A stretch of 64,000 nucleotides of DNA. It comes from Octopus sinensis. Its lineage: Eukaryota. The stretch is from assembly GCF_006345805.1 (NCBI RefSeq), contig NC_042998.1:197966001-198030000 (forward strand). Direction: 5' to 3'. The position numbers and the translations under genes were made by a program. Positions 1 through 13,044 of the stretch are shown here, one piece after another; within the stretch, counting starts at the first letter, position 1; each line of letters begins with the position of its first letter. The notes beneath the pieces are model-generated. The model worked only from the letters and a program-made list of their open reading frames with translations, was not told where the DNA came from and made no database searches.

Positions 1-643
1 AGGTGTAGTGTTGGCGAATCTCAGGAAGTATAGAAGTTTTGAAGGATTCAGTGCTCCGACAACTAACAACTGATGCGGGCAGTTTGTTCCATGCTTCAGC
101 AACTCTTAGCTTGAAAAAATGTTTCCGAAAGTCATGGGAGCTGTGCTGTTTTCTGACTTTGTAAACATGTCCACGGGTGTTAGACAGGTGGAGTTTGAAA
201 AGGTGCTCAGAGTTATTGTTTGTAAGATGGCTAATAATTTTATGGGTGTCTGCCAAGTCAGCTGCCAGACGTCGGAGTTCCAATGTATCCATGCCCAGGG
301 AAGTAAGGCGTTCAGAATATGGCAAATGCCTGATGGAGGGTATTCTTTTGGTTGCACGTCACTGAACAGCTTCCAGACGATTGATATCCTGGGCAAGATA
401 GGGGTTCCAGACTGGTGATGCAAATTCCAGGTGAGGTCTTACCATAGCTATATAAAGCCACAGATAGATAGCCGGAGAGCGACTCACAAAGGATTTGGTG
501 AGTGATGCCAAGACACCCTCAGCCTTCTTGACAATTTTATCAATGTGTTTTATCCAACGCAAATCACTGTCGACAATAACACCCAGGTCACGTTCACTAT
601 CTCTCTTTCTTTTTTCCAAGTGTAGTCTTTTAATGTTTCCATG
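1..643 (-). mobile_element. CR1/L2-clade LINE, 3' part of RT ORF (degenerate)
   Basis: Minus ORF 359-619 reads ERDLGVIVDSDLRW..H...VRPHLEFASPVWNPY...LEAVQ. Another frame continues RHLPYSERL...LRRLAADL...RVAEAWNKLP. Both are typical CR1/L2 RT C-terminal motifs. Confidence 0.85.
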
Positions 644-845
644 TGTGTGTGTGTGTTGTGTGTGTGTGTGTGTATGTGTGTGTCTGCCTTCAGTGCAAAC
701 TGTATATAATTAAAAGCATCATCACCAAAACAGTTCAGCACCCAAACAGCTGTGCCCAGTTGTTCCATTCCACAGTGAAACCACAGCAAGTCAACAACAC
801 TAACAAAAATAAAACTAAACTACACATAACATAGGCGCACAACAT

Positions 846-1245
846 AGGTGTAGGAGTGGCTGTGTGGTAAGTAGCTTGCTTACCAGCCACATGGTTTCGA
901 GTTCATTCCCACTATGTGGCACCATGGGCAAGTGTCTTCTACTATAGCCTCGGGCCGATCAAAGCCTTACAAGTAGATTTGTTAGACGGAAACTGAAAGA
1001 AGCCTGTCGTATATATGTATATATATATGAGTGTGTGTGTTTGTGTGTCTGTGTTTGTCCCCCCAACATTGCTTGACCACTGATGGTGGTGTGTTTACGT
1101 CCCTGTAACTTAGCGGTTCAGCAAAAGAGATTGATAGAATAAGTACTAGGCTTACAAAGAATAAATCCTGAGGTTGATTTACTCGACTAAAGGTGGTGCT
1201 CCAGCATGGCCACAATCAAATGACTGAAACAAGTAAAAGAGTAAC
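846..1245 (+). mobile_element. tRNA-derived SINE family A (CORE-like body, internal TA/GT microsatellite, (GAGTAAAA) tail)
   Basis: A-box-like GGCTGTGTGGTAAG and B-box-like GGTTTCGAGTTC, then a CTTGGGCAAGTG-like core. About 11 near-full copies in the window. Resemblance to octopus OR2-type SINEs is from memory, not a search. Confidence 0.85.
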
Positions 1246-3369
1246 ATGATACCTAATATTCTGCTGTTGATTTTCCCTAAGAGATATCATAATTACAACA
1301 TCATATATCAAATTTAGAGATATCAAGAGAATTTTTCCCCTGCCTACATTTAGATCAATTCACTTCACTGATGAAAAATTTATCCTGTATACTTGATATT
1401 TTTGGTGTTTAGGAGATGACAAACAAAGCTTCTTATGCCAGTTTTTCCATAATCTGAATTGAAATAAACTAAGTGGTTCTGTTAAAAGGTAAAAAAATAT
1501 GGAAATTTCTACTGAAGCCAGAAAAGAGAAAGAAAAAATGGCAAACCATTTTTATATAAATAAGTTCTAAGTAAGACAACCTTGTACCATGGAATATTAA
1601 TGAGAGAGTTTAAGTCTTAATATTTGTTTCAAATTTTGGCACAAGGCTAGTAATTTATCACCTGTTCTATTATTATTGATCTTGACTCAGGATTGGTCTT
1701 ATTCCTGGTAAAATTTATGTGGGTCGTGGGTTACTACTTGTAATCTTAGATATCCACAAACTTTCAATAATCTTTCAAATGCTCAAAACCCCTCTGAAAA
1801 TCTTTCCTGTTCCAAAGAGGCAAGCTTCCTGCAGAAGTTCTACAGGAAATTCCATTCCAATCTCTCAACTATTAGTCTATAACATTCCTCACAGTCCCTA
1901 ATGCACCATTTGATACAGTATGATATTCCAAATTCTTGGATTGTTGTTTTTGTTTTTTTAATTTTTCATTCTCTTACTTCATAATCCTGGAATCAATTAG
2001 TAAGCAAATTTGCTTTTCCTGGCCTATTATTGTTATATTTGGTTTATTATTTTTTATCTTCTTATTCATTTGACTGTAGCATTACTATTATTATTTGATG
2101 AAAACTCTCAGTTTATTTTTCTGGGTATGATGGAAAGTATCAGCTGTCCACAGCTAATAACATTCAAAATTAGATTTATTATGTCTTACTGATGTTACAG
2201 TAATTATTATCTAAAGGTTCTGGTAATCTACTTAAAGACACATTACATTTTTGTCAATAACTACTGGTAACTCAAGTATTTTATACTACAACCAATAATA
2301 CTTTTTGTTTTCTACTTTATTTTCACCTAAATATCTTCATTGTTCTACCTTTATGAATGATTAAATTGTGTAAAAATTACTGTGTAAAACTTAATGAATT
2401 TACAACAGAGAATATGTAGCACCAAAAGTGATTGTCAGTAATGAAAAAGTATTGAGAATAATTTAAGTCAAAACAATGACTCTTTCATTTGTTTATGAGT
2501 AAATAATTACTGGAAATCATTTAACTACTTAAGACATTTAGCTAAACAAAAGTAAACCTCATGACTTGCTGCATAATGTGATACTGTATTATTTGAAATG
2601 TTAACTACTTTATAAAGACAAAGATCTAAGAATTATTTCCCAAATTTAATACTTAAAGTTTTGACAATATGTTGAATTTAGTGAGGATATTGTATTAGTT
2701 CCATATTACAAGGCTGTGAGCTATATTATGATTGGTATTTCCTGTCAGTTCTGTCACTACCATTTTATAAACTATCCAGTATTTAGAAAAAAAAAAAGTA
2801 ATGATCTTGATTTCATCTGAATTCACTTGTTGCCTTTGCCAAAAAACTGTTGTTCAACTGAAAAATTCACTTAACTTTTGTTTATAAAGTTATTATGCAA
2901 AATATAAAATGTATTGTGGTTATGCGAGGTGTCTTATTTTCATGTAAATGTAGTTTAGCCAATGAAATCGAAAGGATGAAAGTCAATTTGTTCATACCAC
3001 GTCTTTTCCAGAGCTCCCAATGGATCATTCTGACCACATTGTCATGTTGTCTTTAATATTTGTATTGTGCCACTTACAAGCATTTGCAAACGATGTGCCA
3101 TACTGTTTCACCCTTCTCACCACACATTCTGCATTTGTTGCTGTCAGTAGTGTTGTCAATTCTGCACTTCACATAACGAGTCCCTAATGTTTGTTCTTTT
3201 GCTGTGCACATAAGTGCTTCTGTCTCTATCTTCAGGTCACTCCCCCTCATCCACAGCCACTGGTCTTCTGTATCTGTCTTGGCATTTGTATTTCTTGCAA
3301 ACTGACCATACACTTTTTCTCCTTCCATACTGTTTCTTTTCTTGTGTTCTTTTCCTCTTCAAGTTTTAT

Positions 3370-3695
3370 CATCATCATCATCATCATCGTTTAATGTACG
3401 TTTTCCATGCTAGCATGGGTTGGATGGTTCGACCGGGGTCTGGGAAGCCAAGAGGCTGCACCAGGCTCCAGTCTGATCTGTCAGTGTTTCTACAACTGGA
3501 TGCCCTTCCTAATGCCAACCACTCCGTGAGTGTAGTGCATGCTTTTTACGTGCCAGGGGAGGCTGGCAACGGCCACGATTGGTTGGTGCTTTTTACGTGC
3601 CACCGGCACGGAAGCTAGTCAAGGTGGCGCTGGCATCGGCCACGCACAGATGGTGCTTTTTACATGCCACCAATACAGGTGCCAGGGGAGGCTGG

Positions 3696-3720
<25 letters not shown>
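3370..3720 (-). mobile_element. RTE LINE 3' UTR fragment (family B) with (GAT)n tail
   Basis: Matches the sequence directly downstream of the RTE RT remnant at 32666-33576. Confidence 0.8.
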
Positions 3721-3728
<8 letters not shown>

Positions 3729-3949
3729 TATTATTATTAAGGTGGCATTAGAGTGGTATTTATTGTGGATCTTTATGATCTGAGTTCAAATCTTGCCAAG
3801 AGCAAAATAAAATAGCGTATCAGTCAAGTGCTAGGATGTATATATATGAAAGCAGAGACACACACAAACCAAAGGTGTGATTGTAAGGCAGCATTTTACA
3901 ATTTATTTTCAGTTATTTTGATCTCTTTTTTAATGAGTTCCATTCTGAA

Positions 3950-4765
3950 TACATATACATGTGTACATATGTACACTCACATACATACACATACTCACAC
4001 CTCACACATGTGCATATACATACATACATACATACACACATACATACACACATACATACATACATACATACACACATACACACATACATACATACACACA
4101 CACACATACATACATACATACATACATACACACATAGATACATACACACACACACATACATACATACATACACACATACATACATACATACATACATACA
4201 TACACACATACACACATACATACATACACACATACACACATACACACATACACACATACATACATACATACATACATGCATACATACATACATACATACA
4301 TACACACATACATACATACATACATACATACATACATACATACATACATACATACACATACATACATACACACATACATACATACACACATACACACATA
4401 CATACATACATACATACACACATACACACATACACACATACACACATACATACATACATACATACAAACATACATACATACATACATACATACATACATT
4501 CATACATACATACATACATACATACATACATACATACATACATACATACATACATGCATACATACATACATACATACATACACACATACATACATACATA
4601 CATACATACATACATACATACATACATACACACATACATACATACATACATACACACATACATACACACATACACACATACACACATACATACATACATA
4701 CATACATACATACATACATGCATACATACATACATACATACATACATACATACATACATACAATA
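3950..4765. repeat. (CATA)n/(CA)n compound microsatellite
   Basis: Directly visible; explains the HTYI/MYVC pseudo-ORFs. Confidence 0.98.
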
Positions 4766-4871
4766 TTATCCTGTTGATGTTGAAATTCCAATAAAGGAGC
4801 CTTGGATCTAGGTTAGAAACCAGCTCTTTCTCTATTGGCAAGAAATCTTGAAATGAAACTGAATAAAGACA

Positions 4872-5067
4872 CACTCTTTTACTCTTTTACTTGTTTCAGT
4901 CATTTGACCGCGGCCAAGCTGGAGCACCACCTTTAGTCAAGCAAATCGACCCCGGGGCTTATTCTTTGTAAGCCCAGTGCTTATTCTATTGGTCTCTTTT
5001 GCCAAACCGCTAAACACACCAGCATCGGTTGTGAAGCAATGCAAGGGGGACAAACACAGACACACAA

Positions 5068-5108
<41 letters not shown>

Positions 5109-5310
5109 ATATATATATATATCTATATATATATATATACATATATACGACAGGCTTCTTTCAGTTTCCGCCTACCAAATCCACTCACAAGCATTGGTCA
5201 GCCCGGGACTATAGCAGAAGACACTTACCCAAGATGCCACGCAGTGGGACTGAACCCGGAACCATGTGGTTGGTAAGCAAGCTACTTACCACACAGCCAC
5301 TCCTGCGCCT
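4872..5310 (-). mobile_element. SINE family A
   Basis: Reverse complement of 846-1245. Confidence 0.85.
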
Positions 5311-6017
5311 ATATATATATATATTTTCATATATTCATATGTAACATTGAAGTCAGTTATGTTGGCATAGGGGAATAAGCATCCTTTTCTGAACTGATTT
5401 CTATTCCTAAAAGCTTTTATCATTGTACAAATGTGTTTTTAAAAAATGCTAAAAAGCACATTTTTTTCAGAGAAAAATCATGGCAGTAGTCAAGAGGTGA
5501 ACTTGGTCATTTTCACAATGTAGCCCATAGGAAGACTAGAAACAGGATTCAGCTATCAAAGTGGTGATACCATCAACAGAAGTTCTAGCAGACTTTTAAA
5601 CTGAATCGGAATTGTATCACTTCTATAGAAATATGAGGGAAAATCTCTTGGTTATTGACCAAGGTGAGACGATGAACGCCTGGGATGTCAAAAGGTCCAT
5701 TTACTGTTCGATGTTAAACAATTACAGCAGTAAGTTTATGTTACTTGAGAAGACATAGGTTACATTACTCGGTAACAACAACAACAACAACAACTATCAA
5801 AGATGTACAGCAAATAACATTATCAACATCCCAGTAAATTCTGTTCTCAAAAAAGATGCTAAAAATAACCAAAGCAAAAAATTATTCCAATAATACAAAG
5901 ATAGGGCTGCTGACATTACATGGACATGCTAACAAATGTATAGAAACGAGTGAAGAATACAAACAGCTGAAAACACAGCTCACAGCAAGATTAAACAGAA
6001 CTTCACTATGTACATCA

Positions 6018-6396
6018 ACAAGGAGTGGCTGTGTGGTAGGTAGCTTGCTTACCGACCACATGGCTCCGGGTTAAGTCCCACTGCGTGGCACCTTGGGCAA
6101 GTGTCTTCTACTATAGCCTCGGGCTGACCAAAGCCTTGTGAGTGGATTTGGTAGACGGAAACTGAAAGAAGCTTGTCGTTTATATGTATATGTATATATG
6201 TATATGTATATTTTCCTCTGTCTTCCCTTCTCTGGATTTTTAATTTTTCCTATGTTTCTGACGAAGAGCTCCGCTCGAAACGTTAAACCCACCTTCTTCC
6301 CTTCTTTCCTGAGCGTCCAATAATACTATATTTGTTCCACGTCCTCGTGTTGTTGTGTTTTTTTGTGTTTTCTTGTTTGGATTAACTGTATATATA

Positions 6397-6427
<31 letters not shown>

Positions 6428-6645
6428 TTGTGTGTCTGTGTTTGTCTCCCCAACATCGCTTGACATCCGATGCTGGTGTGTTTATGTCCCCGTAACTTAG
6501 CGGTTCGGCAAAAGAGATCGATAGAATAAGTACTAGGCTTACAAAGAATAAGTCCCGGGATTCATTTGCTTGACTAAAAAAGGCGGTGCTCCAGCATGGC
6601 CACAATCAAATGACTGAAACAAGTAAAAGAGAGTAAAAGAGTAAA
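6018..6645 (+). mobile_element. SINE family A with a PLE-like terminal repeat inserted in its central microsatellite
   Basis: Head 6018-6200, foreign segment about 6205-6390, tail 6420-6645. Confidence 0.8.
6254..6288 (+). ncRNA. Minimal type I hammerhead-like motif (PLE repeat family 1)
   Basis: gttt-CTGACGA-a-GAGC(tcc)GCTC-GAAA-CGT-T-aaac. Stem I gttt/aaac, stem II 4 bp, palindromic stem III ACGT. Confidence 0.65.
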
Positions 6646-7102
6646 CCACTGTATGAAAGAATGATTCTGACCTGAGTCAACAGAAAACCGACAGACTTGA
6701 TGTTTATCTGTGATCACTCAGGTTGTTAAAGAACACCAAACACAGATTGAAGCCTGCAGCTTTAGGGCATTGAATGTCCCACTCAGTTGTGTTGCAATTA
6801 TTGTCTTCCAACAGATGTAGTAACAGAGATTGATTAAAATGATAATACATAACCAAAATAGATTACTTGTGTCAAAAAAGAAAACAGACTCATGGTATAC
6901 TGCAGATATTTGGATATTATCAGTAGATGCAAAGAGAATAATAAACTCCCATACTACTTGCTGTAACTCTATGACAGAACTATGCAAACAAGGGATACAG
7001 TAAAATAATTGCCCTCCGATATGAACTACATGCAATTAAGTGAAAAGTACTCTTATCACATGAAATTACAAGGAACTTAAGACTATGAACTTAAGACTAT
7101 TA

Positions 7103-7575
7103 ATGCGGCGAGATGGCAGAAATGTTAGCATGCCGGGCGAAATGCGTAGCTGTATTTCATCTGCCATTAGGTTCTGAGTTCAAATTCCGCCGAGGTCGAC
7201 TTTGCCTTTCATCCTTTCGAGGTCAATAAATTAAGTACCTATTTCTTTACTACACACAAGGGGCTAAACACAGAGAGGACAAACAAGGACAGACAAACGG
7301 ATTGAGTCGATTACATCGACCCCATTGTGTAACTGGTATTTATTTAATCGACCCCGAAAGGATGAAAGGCAAAGTTGACCTTGGCGGAATTTGAACGTAA
7401 CGGCAGATGAAACATGGCTACACATTTTGCCCGGCATGCTAACGTTTCTGCCAGCTCGTCACCTTAATAAATTAAGTTCCAGTTACACACTGGGGTCGAT
7501 ATAATTGACTTAATCCCTTTGTCTGTCTTTGTTTGTCCCCTCTGTCTCTAGCCCCTTGTGGGTAGTAAAGAAATA
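7103..7575. mobile_element. SINE family C (+) with a younger family C copy (-, 7240-7465) nested inside
   Basis: tRNA-like head GGCAGAAACGTTAGC...GAGTTCAAATTCC and Nin/Deu-like GTCGACTTTGCCTTTCATCC body. 15-bp TSD aataaattaagt(a/t)cc. Confidence 0.85.
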
Positions 7576-7789
7576 ACTATGAACTGTAAGCTTACATTGA
7601 ACTCACAAACTGTGTATGAAAAGTGGCCCCTTTAAGGTTGATAAACACTGCTCCACCTCGATGATTTAGAGTTAATCAGGTGGGATGGAGTGAATTTAGA
7701 ATATAAATATACATCACGGCCATGATGTGCAGGGACAGGGTAAGCTACAATGTGAGTACTGGGCAAACATTTCTCTTGGATTGCCATGG

Positions 7790-8115
7790 GTCATCATCAT
7801 CATCCTCAACGTTTAACGTCTCTTTTCTATGCTGGCATGGGTTGGACGGTTCGACTGGGGTCTGGGAAACCAGGAAGCTGCACCAGGCTCCAGAATGATC
7901 TGGCAGTGTTTCTACAGCTGGATGCCCTTCCTAACGCCAACCACTCCATGAGTGTACTGGGTGCTTTTTACGTGCACCCGGCACAGGTGCCAGGGGGAGG
8001 CTGGCAACAGCCATGATTGGTTGGTGCTTTTTATGTGCCACTGGTATGGAAGCCAGTCAAGGTGGCGCTGGCATCAACCACATACGGATGGTGCTTTTTA
8101 CATGCCACCGGCAGT
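7790..8115 (-). mobile_element. RTE 3' UTR fragment (family B)
   Basis: Conserved ctacagctggatgcccttcctaa..ccaaccact block and tail. Confidence 0.8.
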
Positions 8116-8324
8116 GAAAACTTTTAATTATAATTCTGCTGGATCGAAATGACTTGAGACAAAATGACAGCTGTGTCTTCGAATTTTGGAGAAAAATTTG
8201 CTTAGCCAATGAATTTTGTCTGTATTTAAAAGGGGAAGATTAGAGAACACTTTCTTTGCCAAGAATGAATCCCAAAACATAATCTTCTGTAGGATAGCTT
8301 CCAAATCTTTAAATAATTGATAGA

Positions 8325-8339
8325 ACATCATCCTCATCC

Positions 8340-8379
<40 letters not shown>

Positions 8380-8404
8380 TATCACCATCATCACCATCAC
8401 CCCC

Positions 8405-8445
<41 letters not shown>

Positions 8446-8500
8446 CCATCATCACCATCATCACCACCACCACCAACACCACCATCACCATCACCACCAC

Positions 8501-8547
<47 letters not shown>

Positions 8548-8552
8548 CCATG

Positions 8553-8583
<31 letters not shown>

Positions 8584-8593
8584 CCATCACCAT

Positions 8594-8625
<32 letters not shown>

Positions 8626-8716
8626 TCACCACCACCACCAACACCACCATCACCATCACCACCACCATCATCATCATCATCATCACCACCACCAACACCA
8701 TCACCATCACCACCAC

Positions 8717-8754
<38 letters not shown>

Positions 8755-8872
8755 CCATCATCACCACCACCACCACCGTCACCACCACCACCACCATCAC
8801 CACCACCACCACACCACCACCACCACCACCACCACCACCACCACCACCACCACCACCACCATCATCATCATT
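8325..8872. repeat. (CAT)n/(CAC)n trinucleotide array continuous with an RTE tail (8860-8950)
   Basis: The array ends in atttaacgtctgctttccatg, the family B terminus. Confidence 0.95.
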
Positions 8873-9479
8873 TAACGTCTGCTTTCCATGCCGGCATGGG
8901 TTGGACTGTTTGGCATATGGAGTTAGCCAGCCAGCCAGGGAAGCTGTCCAGACTTCAATTGTCTGTTGGACAGCATCATTTTAAAAGGCAACTTCTAGTC
9001 TTCATCTCTTTTATAAGTTTGAATTCTTTTTAAGAGTAGAATAGTTTCCAGATAAACTTGTTTCTCGTTTTATAGATTTAAGAAGTCTTATAACTGAAAT
9101 GAAACACTAATCTACTGTTGGCTATATTGGCAGAATATATGTTGATATATCGGAAAATATAATCCGATACTTTTATTATTGACTTTAGTTGAAAAGTGAA
9201 TGAAACATGCTTCAGGTGAAAAAAGTTAATTAAAAATTGATTTCAGGTGAACAATACTATTTTCTTAAAGCTAGTCTGAAAAGTAAGGGTAGAAATTATG
9301 GCCTTTGGTGGAAGTCAAGGGTGATTTTTGTTTTGGCAAGTTTAACTATTCAGTTCAAATAAATTGATATTTGGCTAGAAGGCTGAACAGTGAGTTGACA
9401 GAATTGGTAAAGTATTTTGCTTCATGGTATTTAATTATGACGATTTACATTGTGAGTTGAAATCATGCCAAATGATAAA

Positions 9480-9865
9480 GGCACTTCACGTTAAGCACAC
9501 CATTCGAGTGTGATCGGTATCTGCGTCGCCTTACTAGCACTTGTGCTGGTGGCACGTGAAACATTCGAGCAAGGTCGTCGCCAGTGCCACTGGGCTGGCT
9601 CTTGTGCAGGTGGCACGTAAAAAGCACCATTTGGGGGTGGCCGCTGCCAGTACCACCAAACTGGCCCTCGTGTCGGTGGCACTTTAAAAGCACCCGCCAC
9701 ACTTTCGGAGTGGTTGGCGTTAGGAAGGGCATCCAACTGTAGAAACTCTGCCAGATCAGATTGGAGCCTGGTGCAGCCATCTGGTTTGCCAGTCCTCAGT
9801 CAAATCGTCCAACCCATGCCAGCATGGAAAGCGGACATTTAATGATGATGATCATGATGATCACT
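9480..9865 (+). mobile_element. RTE 3' UTR fragment (family B)
   Basis: Tandem GTGC.GGTGGCAC units, conserved block and (GAT)n tail. Confidence 0.8.
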
Positions 9866-10151
9866 ACATTGCAAGGTGGAATCCTGCGAAGGTTGACTTT
9901 GCTGTTAACAAGATGAACAAAAAAGGCTGACAAAACAAGTACCAGTTTTTGCAGTGAATGCAGTCTATTACTGCAATCAACTGCTGCTGTAGTTTCATAG
10001 ATCTTGTCAGCTCTGACAGGGTTTTGCTATAATAAAGAAGTACTCAGCTGATTACGTAGGAGTGATCCAAGCTTAGAGAATGTGAAAGTAATCTAGAATT
10101 TGGGAATGATCAACAGACATGTGGAAGTGATCTTACATAAAGACTAAAAGA

Positions 10152-10468
10152 CTCCGCCGGTTACGACGACGAGGGTCCCAGCTGATACGATCAACGGAAC
10201 AGCTTGCTCGTGAAATTAACGTGCAAATGGCTGAGCATTCCACAGACACGTGTACCCTTAACGTAGTTCTCGGGGATAATCAGCGTGACACAGAGAGTGA
10301 CAAGGCTGACCCTTTGAAATACAAGTACAACTCATTTTTGCCAGCTGAGTGGACTGGAGCAACGTGAAATAAAGTGTCTTGCTCAAGGACACAACGCGTC
10401 GCCAGGAATCGAACTCACAACCTTACGATCATGAGCCGAATGCCCTAACCACTAAGCCACGCGCCCTC
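10152..10468 (-). mobile_element. tRNA-derived SINE (head E) sharing its 3' tail with family D
   Basis: Reverse complement begins GAGGGCGCGTGGCTTAGTGGTTAGGGC...GAGTTCGATTCC, then GTGTCCTTGAGCAAGACAC. The tail matches about 34575-34757. Confidence 0.8.
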
Positions 10469-10824
10469 AATCTTACATAAACAATATGGAAGTTATCCAT
10501 AGAACATGTGGATGTGATCTATACATTATAGTGCATGTAGAAGTGATCCAAAAGACATGTGGGAATGGTTTGTAGTGTATGGGTGAATGATCTATAGATC
10601 ACATGTGAATGATTCTGAGGAAATATGGTGGTGATCTGTAGATCATGGAGAGTAAGCTATAGAGCATGTAGAAGTCATCAATAGAGCATGCAAAGGGGGT
10701 CATAGACCGTGAAGGAAAGATCATAGAGCATACGAGGATGATCTATAGAGTATATTGAAGCTAACCATAGAACATGTGAAAGGGATTCAGAGATGTGGGA
10801 GTGATCTATAATGCATATAGGCGT

Positions 10825-10983
10825 AGGAGTGGCTGTGTAGTAAGTAGCTTGCTTTCCAACCACATGGTTCTGGGTTCATTCCCACTGCATGTCACCTTGG
10901 GTAGTGTCTTCTACTATAGCCTCGGGCCGACCAAAGCTTTGTGAGTGGATTTGGTAGACGGAAACTGAAAGAATCCCGTCGTA

Positions 10984-11042
<59 letters not shown>

Positions 11043-11265
11043 GTATGTGTGTGTTTGTGTCTCTGTGTTTGTCCCCCCAACACCCCCAATATCGCTTGGC
11101 AACCGATGGTGGTGTGTTTGAGTCCCCGTATCTAGCAGTTCAGCAAAAGAGATCGATAGAATAAGTACTAGGCTTACAAAAAATAAGTCCTGGAGTTGAT
11201 TTGGTCGACTAAAGGTGGTGCTCCAGCATGGCCGCAGTCAAATGACTGAAACAAGTAAAGAGAGT
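10825..11265 (+). mobile_element. SINE family A
   Basis: Full head, microsatellite and tail. Confidence 0.85.
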
Positions 11266-11665
11266 GATCCATAGAACAAATGGTAGTGATCCGTAGAGTG
11301 TATGGGAGTGATATATAGAGCATGTAGAATTGATTCAGAGAGGATTTGGTACCAATCCTTAGAGAATATTTTTGTATATGTATAGGATGATCCATAGTCT
11401 GTAGAGAAGTAACATTTATATGCTGATATTGAAGGCAAAAGGGTATGAGAATTTTGTGGGAATGGGCATCCAGCTGTAGAAACTATGCCAGATCAAGATT
11501 GAAGCCTGGTGCAGCCATCTGGTTTGCCAGCCCTCAGTCAAAATTGTCCAACTCATGCTAGCATGGAAAGCGGATGTTAAACGACGATGATGATGATGGT
11601 GGTGGTTGTGGTGGTGATGGTGGTGGTGGTGGTGGTGGTGGTGGTGGTGGTGGTGGTGGTGGTGG

Positions 11666-11704
<39 letters not shown>

Positions 11705-12089
11705 CTTCCAGCTTGACCATTTCAAGGTCACTGTCTGTTGGAATGTGAATGATGGGAGAAGACTGGAGTTCTAAAGTAAGAAAAATATTTGTGCGGAAGA
11801 GGAGAGGAATAAAATTGATGGAGAATGAAAGAAAGAGGATAAATAAGAAGGGTGTCAGGAGTGAGATACTGTGAAAATCATGGTGGGAGGGGAGAAACTA
11901 TGGAAGTGATGGTAGGAGGAGAGATAGGGTAGATGTATGGGTTCGGGTGGAGAGGGTATACAGTTATATAGTTAGCTACATGGACAAGAATAGAAGATAT
12001 TGCAGTAGGGCCAGAAAAAATAGTGGTTTAGCATGACCCCTTTATATAAGGGTCACTGATGGGGTTGTAGCTATAGTGTGACTATATAA

Positions 12090-12592
12090 TAATAATAATA
12101 ATGAAATAATGAAATGATTGTATGCAGTGCTCAGGTGCACCACAACTTGTCAAAAGTGCGTATAAAGTATATGCAGTAATGTACAAATGTCTGGGAAGTG
12201 AACAGTGTATGAGTCAGATACATGCTTGCGTGTGTATGGAGGGGAGAGAAAATCAGGTGTAGTGTTGGCGAATCTCAGGAAGCATGGAAGTTTTGAAGGA
12301 TGCAGTGCTCCGACAACTAACAACTGATGCGGGCAGTTTGTTCCATGCTTCAGCAACTCTCAGCGTGAAAAAATGTTTCCAAAAGTCATGGAAGGAGCTG
12401 TGCTGTTTTCTGACTTTGTAAACATGTTGACAGGTGTTAGACAGGTGGAGTTTGAAAAGGTGCTCAGAGTTATTGTTTGTAAGATGGTTAATAATATTAC
12501 GAGTGTCTGCCAAGTCAGCTGCCAGACGTTGGAGTTTCAATGTATCCATGCCCAGGTAGGTAAGGCGTAAAGAATATGGCAAATGCCTGATG
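12090..12592 (-). mobile_element. CR1/L2-clade LINE 3' end with (ATT)n tail
   Basis: Near-identical to 1-340; ORF ends ...WNKLPASVVSCRST...PEIRQHYT, followed by the 3' UTR. Confidence 0.85.
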
Positions 12593-13044
12593 GAGACTAG
12601 TTTATATAGGGGTAACAGATGAAAGAGCATAAAGAACAAATAGGTTTCAGAGTTCTCAGAGATGGTTTTGTAGTGATATCCAAGAGTAGGAATAACCATG
12701 TAGTTAAGAAGTTCTAGTAAGCATTATGATTCTAAGTTTTGCTATCTGTGTGGACCGGAGAAACAGGAAATAGAGTATCTTGTTCAAGGACTCAATGCAC
12801 CACCAAGATCTGAACTCACAATCTAACGACTGCTATGCATCTTCACACACTAATTTATATATCACCACACTATATCACACTCTACATTTTGTGATATAAC
12901 ATCATAACATGATGCACTCATGCTGTCATCGACAGGAGAGTGTGTCATCTAAATATTTGTAAACCCATACAACCCGCATAACATAGTCCTAGTTTAAGAG
13001 CAACACTTGATCCTTGGATGTACATAACTTGACTCAGCAGCAAG

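Noticed and set aside
3828-4874. Long ORFs of 120-330 aa (HTYI/MYVC repeats); likewise at 8128-8984, 30930-32013, 50769-51701, 55160-56151 and 61903-62494
   Set aside because: They are translations of stop-poor microsatellites with no protein features.
5629-5729. Possible + strand exon (ag|...NMRENLLVIDQGETMNAWDVKRSIYCSMLNNYS|gtaagt)
   Set aside because: Splice signals are plausible but the peptide is unrecognised and no partner exons are evident; needs RNA-seq.
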